Assembly: GCA_947447665.1 (NCBI GenBank)
Contig: CANFJX010000002.1
Span: 209,659 to 273,658, forward strand
Source of the DNA: Bacteriovoracaceae bacterium
Lineage (GTDB): Bacteria > Bdellovibrionota > UBA1018
Direction: 5' to 3'
DNA length: 64,000 nt
In this document: one piece after another, positions 1-8,188 of the stretch
Layout of the letters: every line of letters begins with the position of its first letter
Position numbering within the stretch: position 1 is the first letter of the stretch
The notes under the pieces: model-generated
The model's database searches: none
Told to the model about the DNA's origin: nothing
Seen by the model: the letters and a program-made list of their open reading frames with translations, nothing else
Position numbers and translations under genes: made by a program

Positions 1-635
1 GCAGTTGATAGTGTTACTCCTTCGCGTACACAAGTCATCGCATCTTGAAGTGGGCGTCGCTCAGGTCGATGGTAGTGCACGTCGTTGGTAGCGATTACTT
101 TAAGATCCCATTCTCTCGCTTTTTTTAAAGTGAGCGCGGTACGTTCATCATCCATCCCGTCGAGATAGCGAGCCAGAGAGAGCGAGAATCGCTCCTCAAA
201 TGCGGTCTTGAGTGGTCCATACTGAAGTGATTTGGATGCTGGACAAGAGCCAAGCAAACCCTTGGACTCGGTTCTCTCTAAAAATTGAAGGAACTGCGCC
301 AGGGTAAGAATCCCATGACCTTTTTCTTTGCCCTGGTGAGCGGCAGTAAGAATGCGACACATAATTCCGTAAGCCGCGCGATCTCGGGCGATGAGTGAAA
401 TCGGTGGATGATCCTGGATTTTAAGTTCGCACCCGGAGATCAATCGAACTTGAGGAAACCGTCGGGTCGCCTCATAGGCTCGGGGTAAGGCATAGACTCC
501 GTTGAGATCCGTGATGGCGATAGCAGGGATTCCCATTTCAAATGCGCGCTGGATATATTCAGCTGCATCGGAAGCCCCGCGAAGGAAAGAGAAGTTAGTT
601 TTACACTGGAGTTCAACGTACGAGACCTTACTCAT
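1..635 (-). CDS. dnaE2: Error-prone DNA polymerase III alpha subunit DnaE2/ImuC (5' part; runs off the window edge)
   Basis: Manual translation from ATG at 635 gives MSKVSYVELQCKTNFSFLRGAS...AIAITDLNGVY...LIARDRAAYG...IATNDVHYH (PHP domain). Overlaps the imuB stop. Absent from the ORF track because it is truncated. Confidence 0.93.
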   Translation of the reverse strand, partial: MSKVSYVELQCKTNFSFLRGASDAAEYIQRAFEMGIPAIAITDLNGVYALPRAYEATRRFPQVRLISGCELKIQDHPPISLIARDRAAYGIMCRILTAAHQGKEKGHGILTLAQFLQFLERTESKGLLGSCPASKSLQYGPLKTAFEERFSLSLARYLDGMDDERTALTLKKAREWDLKVIATNDVHYHRPERRPLQDAMTCVREGVTLST

Positions 636-1947
636 AGTAACCATGAACAAAATAGTGGTGTTGGGGATCTGAGAATATCCAAAGGGTGCGTCCACCTTCG
701 AGCTCGACTTGATAGTAGTTTCGAGCATGAGTATCGTTGAGCCAGTCGAGAGAGAGGCGCTCGAGTTTTGACCAGCAAATGGATTTAAATTTTCTCCCTT
801 TAAATAAAATTCTATCTTGAATAATAGAAACGGGAACAGGGGATTTAAAAATTCGGGTAGGTCGTTTTGGATAGCGATTTTCCAAGTCGGCTTGAGGAGC
901 TCCCTTTTGGGAACTTCTCACCCAACTCTTTTCTGGTAAGCGCTCCTCTGTCGTTCTTGCCCAAAAAACATGGTTCTTGCCTAGAAACTCCTCTAGCTCT
1001 CCAAAGAGAGAGCCTAGGACTTCTTGATGGTCTAAGTGGGAGTTTCCATCTTGATTGTTAAAGAAATCTTTTTGCGTGCTTCTTCCCGCTGTGGTCGCAA
1101 GGACAGAGCATCTCAATGTGTGAACAAAAGAGTGGATCGGTGCCTGGCTTAGATCTCGGTTCAGACGTTCGCGTAAGATCGGTAAGAAGCCGAGGGTTGA
1201 GCCCTGCGGGGTGATAAGCTCAAACGTCCACTCTCTTGTAGGGTTTTTCACGGTCGAGTATTTCTCAAGCTCTATTGCAAAAGAGATTCTCTCTGCTCGG
1301 AGTGATCGACCTCGGAGCCGACTAAAGAGTCGATCCAGCATGGCTTTAGAGTAAAACAGCAATGGCTCAATTTCGGAGCAGTACTCAGAAGGTAGAAGCT
1401 CGAGCTTTTCTTTAAAGTGCTCGGGCGGATTCCAGCTCGGCCAAAGCAGGTCGGAGGCACTTTCAAGTCTCTGTCGACACAAGAGACTGAGTCCCCCAAA
1501 TCGAGAAGGGAGACTGGCAGTGGGGATTTGTTTAAACTCGGACAGAGTCTCTACCCCGAGGCTTTTGAGTGATTCAATCATCACCCGAACCGATTTTCTC
1601 CCTAAGGGGTCCACGCCGAAAGGATCAGCAAAGTCGATGAGGGCCTCGATGGGGAGTGAATTGAGTGTTGATCCAGAAGCTCCTGAATGGCGCGCCAAGG
1701 CGAGAGATGAGGGGATGTCGTGGGAGAGTGCTATTTTTGCGACCCATCCCAGGCGACGAGCAAGAGACTGCGCTCGGAGAACAAAAGAGCGATCGGAGTA
1801 GAGCGATTTACACTTACCAATTTCAATGAAAATAGCCTCGGGCTCACGTACGGAGATTTGAGGACTGAATCTGAAACACGCTTCCGCAAGCGAGTATAGA
1901 CTCGACTGAGAACTCGACTCATGGAAAAAGAGGCAGGCCACTTTCAT
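628..1947 (-). CDS. imuB: ImuB, inactive Y-family polymerase-like mutasome subunit
   Basis: RFSPQI, LPIEAL, LGVETL...RFG, RPTRIF and the C-terminal RNYYQVELEGGRTLWIF...HGYYE are ImuB-like. Lies between imuA and dnaE2. Confidence 0.88.
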   Translation of the reverse strand: MKVACLFFHESSSQSSLYSLAEACFRFSPQISVREPEAIFIEIGKCKSLYSDRSFVLRAQSLARRLGWVAKIALSHDIPSSLALARHSGASGSTLNSLPIEALIDFADPFGVDPLGRKSVRVMIESLKSLGVETLSEFKQIPTASLPSRFGGLSLLCRQRLESASDLLWPSWNPPEHFKEKLELLPSEYCSEIEPLLFYSKAMLDRLFSRLRGRSLRAERISFAIELEKYSTVKNPTREWTFELITPQGSTLGFLPILRERLNRDLSQAPIHSFVHTLRCSVLATTAGRSTQKDFFNNQDGNSHLDHQEVLGSLFGELEEFLGKNHVFWARTTEERLPEKSWVRSSQKGAPQADLENRYPKRPTRIFKSPVPVSIIQDRILFKGRKFKSICWSKLERLSLDWLNDTHARNYYQVELEGGRTLWIFSDPQHHYFVHGYYE

Positions 1948-2501
1948 GAGCTCTCCGATCGAGTGAACTTGGATTTAATCACTTCGACTGAGTAGGTGTG
2001 GACGCCTGGATGATTCCAATCCGCACTGAGCTGAAATGCAATAGCCCATGCATGCATCGGAACTTTCGATAGGAAAAAAACTGTCGCATTGGACTCTCGA
2101 GCAAAAAGTTGGAGGGCCTTGAGCATCTTAACTTCTTCAATCGCGCCGGGGAGCACGACACACTCGAAGAGTTTAGTTCTGAGCGCTTTCCTTAGTGCTT
2201 GAAATAATCGATCCCCTGCCTCTGCGATCAGAACTCGAGAAAGATCCACGCCTCGTTGCTGCATAGCAGTGGGGAGGATCGTGAGCTGCTCTTCGATCCA
2301 AAAAGTATGGAGTGATGGATTTTGCTGTAAGAGACGTAGAATCCACTCCGTACGCGCGGAGCCTGTGATCTCGCAAATGACACCACGAGGCACACCTCCG
2401 GGCACTGTGTCACAGTTTAAGAATTCTCTTTTTTGGATCCCATTCCATTGGGTCAGCTTCTCCCGAATTTCGGCAAGCTGGGGACGATCCTGTCTTTCCA
2501 T
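1944..2501 (-). CDS. imuA: ImuA, RecA-like mutasome subunit
   Basis: RecA-like fold with a degenerate Walker A (GVPRGVICEITGSARTE) and QRGVDLSRVLI. ATGA overlap with imuB. Confidence 0.82.
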   Translation of the reverse strand: MERQDRPQLAEIREKLTQWNGIQKREFLNCDTVPGGVPRGVICEITGSARTEWILRLLQQNPSLHTFWIEEQLTILPTAMQQRGVDLSRVLIAEAGDRLFQALRKALRTKLFECVVLPGAIEEVKMLKALQLFARESNATVFFLSKVPMHAWAIAFQLSADWNHPGVHTYSVEVIKSKFTRSESS

Positions 2502-2512
2502 TTTTGATCACC

Positions 2513-2569
2513 CTAACTGAGTTTTCGAATGATGACAAAATCCCCATCGGGAACTCCGTCTTCGATCAT
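2513..2569 (-). pseudogene. Vestige of lexA (fragment of the S24 peptidase domain)
   Basis: Translates MIEDGVPDGDFVIIRKLS*, matching the LexA motif SMxxxGIxDGDxVIVR. Sits immediately 5' of imuA, where lexA normally lies. An in-frame stop lies 13 codons upstream and the catalytic Ser is absent. Confidence 0.6.
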
Positions 2570-2736
2570 CAAATGACTTGAGACTTGGCGAAACAAGGTA
2601 CTGAGCTACCTCCGCATGGGAAAAGGCAAAACCTTGTTTTCACTTAAAATCATTGATCAACTCGATGAAGTACTCTCAGTATAAGCGTAGGTTTGGCGTA
2701 AGTCCAGTTTTTCCCGGGCGGGTACGGCTGGGCTAA

Positions 2737-3304
2737 TTAATCACTCGTGAAGAACTCTTGAATGGCACTTCCACACTCCCTGCACTCAAGGGGAGGCAAC
2801 CCCAAGAGCTTTTCAATAGTAGGTCGAATATCGAGATGACTGAGCTCGCGGCCGGTAGTCGGGGACAGAGGAGAGCTCTTCGCAGAGAGCTTGACCTTTT
2901 TTAGCTGACTCAGCTGTCTCGACGATTTTGTCGAGCATTTGAACACCGTGTGCATCAGCTCCTAAAATTTGTTTTGAGAATTGAGCATATCTATCTATTG
3001 AGGACGTAGTTTTAAATCCTAACCGCCTCGCAGAATCTACAATTTTTTCAGAGTTGACTAAAACTTTCCTGTAATATCCTATATTCAATAATATCAAACA
3101 CTTAGTTCATGACGCGGGGTCCGATGTGGAACACATCTGATCCCGCCGACGATTTAATTATCATCTGATTTCCAGAACTCATTAACCACCTACTCTCATA
3201 ACTGTAACAACGATTCGCCCTGCGATGTGCAATTCGTCAGTCCCTATGACGCCTGACAAGTGGATTCTCGTTAAAACGGTCGTCAACCTAGAACTTGGTG
3301 TCGT
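2737..3304 (-). pseudogene. Decayed orphan toxin-tip/immunity fragments
   Basis: Short broken frames downstream of the immunity gene: ...GRIVVTVMRVGG* (ends 3182) coupled by TAATG to MSSGNQMII...* (3102-3182), and ORF 2813-3097 containing KIVDSARR, similar to RMLDSAAS of the toxin. Confidence 0.35.
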
Positions 3305-3341
3305 TCAATTGACTTTGCTCCAGCTTGTTACAATTTTTACA

Positions 3342-3698
3342 TCATGCTATTTTTGAATCTACAGGAGCAATTCCATATCCATTTAAACTTGCGTCCACTA
3401 GATGGAATATCGCCGCATCCAAGTCTGCAAATGTTTGTCTCCAGTGCTTACCGCCTCGCTCCGACAAAAAGACTTCAAAACCATCGTCGCACTTCATTAG
3501 GTAGTATGCTTTTTTGTCTCTTGGATCGCCATGCCATATTTGGTCAATTAAGTCGGCTCCGTTTCCACCTAATTTCTTGTATTCGGCAATTAGCCCTTGA
3601 ATTGAAATCCTGTCCAAAACATTAGAGCCATATTTGCTAAGCAATTCTTTCTTTTGAAGTCCATTCAAGACATCGACTAATAGACAATTTTGATTCAT
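3342..3698 (-). CDS. Putative immunity protein for the upstream toxin (118 aa)
   Basis: Starts at a TAATG overlap with the toxin stop. Small, no signal peptide. AYYLMK..DGFEVFLSERGGK...F.DLDAA fits the 'ERG...F...A' pattern of polymorphic-toxin immunity proteins. Confidence 0.72.
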   Translation of the reverse strand: MNQNCLLVDVLNGLQKKELLSKYGSNVLDRISIQGLIAEYKKLGGNGADLIDQIWHGDPRDKKAYYLMKCDDGFEVFLSERGGKHWRQTFADLDAAIFHLVDASLNGYGIAPVDSKIA

Positions 3699-5884
3699 TA
3701 GAAACCTCCGCCGTTGGTGATCCATGTTCTAGGGACGATTTTATTTACGTAGACTTGATGCCCACCACCCAGAATTTGTCCAACGGGTGTTGGGTTGTTA
3801 AATCTTCTTAGCGCAACTTCACCAACAACGCCTTCATAGAATTTCTCACCTGATGGTACAGTAATTTCAACCCATTTTTTTGCCGAATTACCCCAAGAGG
3901 GGTCCAAAGCAGAATCAAGGACAGCTTGATAGGGACCAGTGGGCTTTACATGAGACCAGTAGGCTGATAGTTCTTTGCCGTCAGTTGCATACACTCGATA
4001 CAGCTTTACTGGCTCTTTCGTCACAATCTCCAGATAGCTAGAACTTCTAAAGGCATCCGCTACCGTTCCCACACCCTCGGTTATTGCGTGGAGTGGACCA
4101 TGATTTATTGGATTAAACTTCTGTATACTCGCCGCAGAATCTAGCATTCTCTGCACCCCTTCAATGCCCTCACTCCTGAGAAGGGTTGAGGCAAGGTCGG
4201 GGGCTTGATCCGCCAGAGCGTTCAGGTTGGTTGCCGCTGCCGCGGTCAGAGACCCTGCACTGTCAGCGGCTAAAACCATTTCTTGAGCTGCAAAGCGATG
4301 AACGACCAGTTCTACCCCTTTTTTGAGAGCGACCTGAGTCTCTGCGGCTAGGGGACATCCGAAAATCAATCCAGTGAGATCAGCCGTGAGTTCTCCGATG
4401 ATTTCGCCTTGTGTTTCCTCATCAGAGTGGATGAACGATTGCCATTTTTCTCGGATCAGGCCTTGAACTCCACTCTGAGATTCCGTAATTGCCTTAACTC
4501 CCTCATAAATGACGTAACCCACCGCTCCAGCTGCTAGGGTGACCGTAACGGCAGGAGGCAAAATAGCTGCTGCAACGACCCCCGCCCCAACGAGCACCCC
4601 TCCTCGAAGAGCTCCCCGGGTAAATCCCTTCAGAGCATCCAAACAGGGCCTTAGCTCCGATAGGGTGTGCTTGAAAGCTGCTGAATGGCCGCTAGCTCCT
4701 AAACGATCCGCCAATAATAAGCCCACTTTCAGACTCTCGGTATGAGAGTTGAAAAAAGAGCATCCCTCAGTATCAATTGCCCCTAGGCCAGGACACTGAT
4801 CTTGGACCATGCTCTGAGCCACGATCACTGTATTTACCGCGGTCCTCACCTCAAAACCCTCGGAGCTTCTGAGAGAAGTAGTCAGCCGAAGGCCCGTGTA
4901 ATCGACTCCGGGTAAATTGTGAATCAGCCCTTGATCATTCAGGATCCCGCGATCGATGAGTTGTTTTTCGATATAGTATCCGGAATTTTGGGTCACCCCA
5001 TCCTTGCTGTTTAGAAATGACTGAATTTCAGACAAAGCCTCTTCGACTGCGTCTAAATGTCTGGAACGATCCGCCCCGCTGAGAGCCTCCACTAACTGGG
5101 TTACGCTCTCATTGAGAATATCTTTAGGATGAGTCGCTCGTTTTGGGTCAAAGCCTCGAGCCTCCTGTTGCCAGACTGAAGCAGCTAAATTCGCTGCCTG
5201 TGGGCGCCGCTCTTGGACGATTTGCTGCTGCCGTTCTTCCATCCTGTTTGAAAATCGAAGGTCCCCGAAATCTCCGGAGGGTGTAACTCCCCGAGGTATT
5301 CCACTTCCGCCTAAGCCTGAGCCAACTGGGGTCAAACTCGCCTTGATGCCTTCTGTGTTTGCTCGTTGCACTCGGTTTAGCTCTCTACTCCAACCCTCAC
5401 GAGCAGCGTGGGAAGCTACTGCACCCCATCCCGAAGTGTCTTGGGACGGAGGCGAGATCATCCCTCCGGCAGGAGCATCTGTCGATCCTTCGTTCGTGGG
5501 CGCAGTTTGTGCTGGCAAACCTGGAGCTAGATCACGCAAATCAAAGCTGGCAGGGATATTCTGCCGCAGAGGGGTAGACTCCCCTGTATGCCGCGGAATT
5601 TGTGGGTTGGTCAGGCAATGACTAAAATAGTGTTCGACGGTGATCGCTCCTTCAACGGAGCGATGCTGAACCGACTGCTCCCAGCAAACCCGATCCACGC
5701 CTCGAAAATCTACGGTCCTTGGATCTTGGATGTATTCCTTATCCCCTCCCCTTTCGATAAAATATCGAATATCATCCTCGACGGCGTGAGAGGGCAGACT
5801 CGATAATCCGAATGCGAGCATCAAAATCGATGTAATTGACAGAGGTGTTCTACTCTTCATTTTTTTGTAAATTTTAGCTACCAT
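3698..5884 (-). CDS. Secreted polymorphic toxin with a C-terminal ART/NADase-like toxin domain
   Basis: Signal peptide (LSSLPSHA), hydrophobic translocation-like segment GGVLVGAGVVAAAILPPAVTVTLAAGAVG, and C-terminal tip GPL...FRSSSY...LYRVY...YWS...DSALDPSWGN...VPSG..FYEG...GGGHQVY of a type seen at Rhs/CdiA C-termini. Followed by a coupled small gene. Confidence 0.78.
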   Translation of the reverse strand: MVAKIYKKMKSRTPLSITSILMLAFGLSSLPSHAVEDDIRYFIERGGDKEYIQDPRTVDFRGVDRVCWEQSVQHRSVEGAITVEHYFSHCLTNPQIPRHTGESTPLRQNIPASFDLRDLAPGLPAQTAPTNEGSTDAPAGGMISPPSQDTSGWGAVASHAAREGWSRELNRVQRANTEGIKASLTPVGSGLGGSGIPRGVTPSGDFGDLRFSNRMEERQQQIVQERRPQAANLAASVWQQEARGFDPKRATHPKDILNESVTQLVEALSGADRSRHLDAVEEALSEIQSFLNSKDGVTQNSGYYIEKQLIDRGILNDQGLIHNLPGVDYTGLRLTTSLRSSEGFEVRTAVNTVIVAQSMVQDQCPGLGAIDTEGCSFFNSHTESLKVGLLLADRLGASGHSAAFKHTLSELRPCLDALKGFTRGALRGGVLVGAGVVAAAILPPAVTVTLAAGAVGYVIYEGVKAITESQSGVQGLIREKWQSFIHSDEETQGEIIGELTADLTGLIFGCPLAAETQVALKKGVELVVHRFAAQEMVLAADSAGSLTAAAATNLNALADQAPDLASTLLRSEGIEGVQRMLDSAASIQKFNPINHGPLHAITEGVGTVADAFRSSSYLEIVTKEPVKLYRVYATDGKELSAYWSHVKPTGPYQAVLDSALDPSWGNSAKKWVEITVPSGEKFYEGVVGEVALRRFNNPTPVGQILGGGHQVYVNKIVPRTWITNGGGF

Positions 5885-5919
5885 AAATAAAAATCCATAG
5901 ATAAACTGATTGTCCTGGC

Positions 5920-6867
5920 CTACATCTGTGTTCTTGCAAAATTAATCCCATCTTCATGAATTCGATCTAACTCCTCTTGAGTCATAGGGATCACTCCTAA
6001 TAACCCAGGTTCGCCAACTACATTTTGGAGCATGGGCCTAATGGTCTCCCAATTCGGTAGTGGATCTGGCTTAAAATTCGCGTGGAAAGATAAGATTTCC
6101 CAATATTTCCTCCAAACGCGCTTGATTGGTGGGGGCGAGTTCGTATGGAATGCTGTGATTGCTGTCATTAGCAGTAAGTTGACTTCTCCCAATTCCTCAC
6201 GCTTCAAGACGGATGTTAGAATTTTAAAGTCATCCACCATTCCAGCAATGTTAAAACCGGCTCGACCTAAAAATTTTCCACATGCGACACCCCGTAATCC
6301 TGTTTCTGTTCCATCACCTCGGGTCGACCTAATTCTCTGCTCTGCCATTCTTCGGACCAGCCTAAAGTCATGGCGATTCATCCGCTCTCTCTCAAGAGAC
6401 TCTGTCCTTAGGTTCTCAAAACGGATTAATTGTTGAATCGCAGGCGCAATCTCAATTGAGCAATTTTGAAATTGCTCCAGATTAAAAACAAGTCCTTCGG
6501 CTCTTGGAATTGTGACCGCTTTTTCACCTCTAGGAACTCGTCGAACTAACTCGAAGTTCCTGATTTCATTTCTTAGAATTCCAAAATGCCGGTCTGTGTC
6601 TCTGATGAGAGTAGCGCTTCCTTCTTTCCCTTCAGACATCAGGTGACTGAAAGACTTTGTTTGAGGCGAGGCAGATGGGGCAGGATGGATCCTTTCCGAC
6701 AAAACGGTGCCAGAATTAAGGGCATCGACGGACAAACCCAGAATAAAATGATCTGGCTCAGACCTGAAGGTTAACTGTTCAGTCACAACGCGATCTGCGT
6801 AACTAGAAAAAGCCTCGCCGAACAAAACAGCAGAACACATTAAAAATCTATTCAAGCTTTTAATCAT
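5920..6867 (-). CDS. Secreted hypothetical protein (toxin operon)
   Basis: 315-aa ORF with a signal peptide ending SSYA, tightly packed in the operon. Confidence 0.75.
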   Translation of the reverse strand: MIKSLNRFLMCSAVLFGEAFSSYADRVVTEQLTFRSEPDHFILGLSVDALNSGTVLSERIHPAPSASPQTKSFSHLMSEGKEGSATLIRDTDRHFGILRNEIRNFELVRRVPRGEKAVTIPRAEGLVFNLEQFQNCSIEIAPAIQQLIRFENLRTESLERERMNRHDFRLVRRMAEQRIRSTRGDGTETGLRGVACGKFLGRAGFNIAGMVDDFKILTSVLKREELGEVNLLLMTAITAFHTNSPPPIKRVWRKYWEILSFHANFKPDPLPNWETIRPMLQNVVGEPGLLGVIPMTQEELDRIHEDGINFARTQM

Positions 6868-6883
6868 ATTAAAACAAATTCTT

Positions 6884-8182
6884 TCATTGCAAGGCTCTTC
6901 CGATAAGCGATGGTTTTAATGACTCCCATGGATCACTCGTCAATCGCGAAAACAATGCGTCGCCAATCACGAGGCTAGTCCAAAAATTCTGCAAAACACT
7001 ACCTCTGTCGATCACTGGTTCCCGAAGTTGAAAAAAATAGGGGGCAATCCCCTGTTTAATGAAAAGAAAAGATGCTCTACTTTCCTGCTGACGAATCGAA
7101 TATGACTTATCTAGTTCTGTGAGAACAGCGTCCTCAAGGTGTGGGAAGTAAGAGTCCTCTAAATCACTCATCAGCTCACTCCATCGATTTTTTAAACCTT
7201 GCCAATCTCCCTTGATACTTTCCACATAGGCTACTACCTGATTCAGGTGCTCCGAGTTGAGCTCCAGTGCAGCTTGAATCTTAGGTTCGAACTCAGGAAG
7301 CAAAAAATCTTCGCAAACCGCAGTAATCAGTAAAAGTGCGCCTTCATCGATTGCACTTATGGCGCGGATCTGGTGTTGTCGAATCTCCTGAATCAGCTCC
7401 CACTGACGGCTGATCTTGCCCGATTCGATTGCAGAATCAATCGAGCTCCAAACAGCTAGAACCGCAACAGCCACGACTGCGCCTACTGGTCCAGCTGCAG
7501 AAGTCGCGACCAAACCCTTCAGTACTCCAAGTTTGACTGCAGTACCAGCGGCGGCACCGGCGAGTGATCCGACAACACCCTTCGCATTGGTTCCGCCCTG
7601 AGAATGAGCCTCGCCTGCCGAATCTATTGAGATGGTGCAATCTTCTTGTGGAGGCAGAAGAGCAGCTAGATTAGGCAGTACAAAGATCTTCTTAGGTTGA
7701 TTGCGATCGAGAGCCCACTGCAATCGGTCGTTTGCGCATCGGGTTTTCCAAAATTCGGAGATTGAACTCAGATCGCTTCTCACGTTTCGAAGCGTAACAA
7801 GCTCATCTTCGAGATCTTTTTGGATGAGGAGTATTTTTAATACACTTTCGGAGAAAGATGCAGGTGTAGCCCGCATGATTTCTTGCATTTTTAGATCCCA
7901 ATTATTTTTGAGCTGCTCAGATTTATTTGAGGCAGTCTCTTGCATTTCTAACAGGATCTGAAAGGCGTCCCAGTAGTCGGATAACCGCTGTAAGAAATGG
8001 GTCTTAATATCTGATTTAAACTTTTTATCTACGTAATCCTTGTAGCTAACTTTGGTCTCATGGAGAATTTCTGATAAGAGCGTAATATTATCATCTAATT
8101 TGTCGGCAAAGGCAGGGGTAATTGTGTTGGAATTTAATGAAATACAAATAAAAATTGCGATTATTTTGTTTTTATTTTTCAT
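6884..8182 (-). CDS. Secreted coiled-coil protein with a central hydrophobic hairpin (alpha-pore-forming-toxin-like topology)
   Basis: Signal peptide (PAFA). Long amphipathic helices flank GVVGSLAGAAAGTAVKLGVLKGLVATSAAGPVGAVVAVAVLAVW. Confidence 0.65.
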   Translation of the reverse strand: MKNKNKIIAIFICISLNSNTITPAFADKLDDNITLLSEILHETKVSYKDYVDKKFKSDIKTHFLQRLSDYWDAFQILLEMQETASNKSEQLKNNWDLKMQEIMRATPASFSESVLKILLIQKDLEDELVTLRNVRSDLSSISEFWKTRCANDRLQWALDRNQPKKIFVLPNLAALLPPQEDCTISIDSAGEAHSQGGTNAKGVVGSLAGAAAGTAVKLGVLKGLVATSAAGPVGAVVAVAVLAVWSSIDSAIESGKISRQWELIQEIRQHQIRAISAIDEGALLLITAVCEDFLLPEFEPKIQAALELNSEHLNQVVAYVESIKGDWQGLKNRWSELMSDLEDSYFPHLEDAVLTELDKSYSIRQQESRASFLFIKQGIAPYFFQLREPVIDRGSVLQNFWTSLVIGDALFSRLTSDPWESLKPSLIGRALQ

Positions 8183-8188
8183 ATTTTT

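Noticed and set aside
2597..2681. Short palindromes upstream of imuA as an SOS box (GGTA-N6-TACC, TACT-N3-AGTA)
   Set aside because: Arms are only 4 bp and I cannot match them to a LexA motif with confidence.
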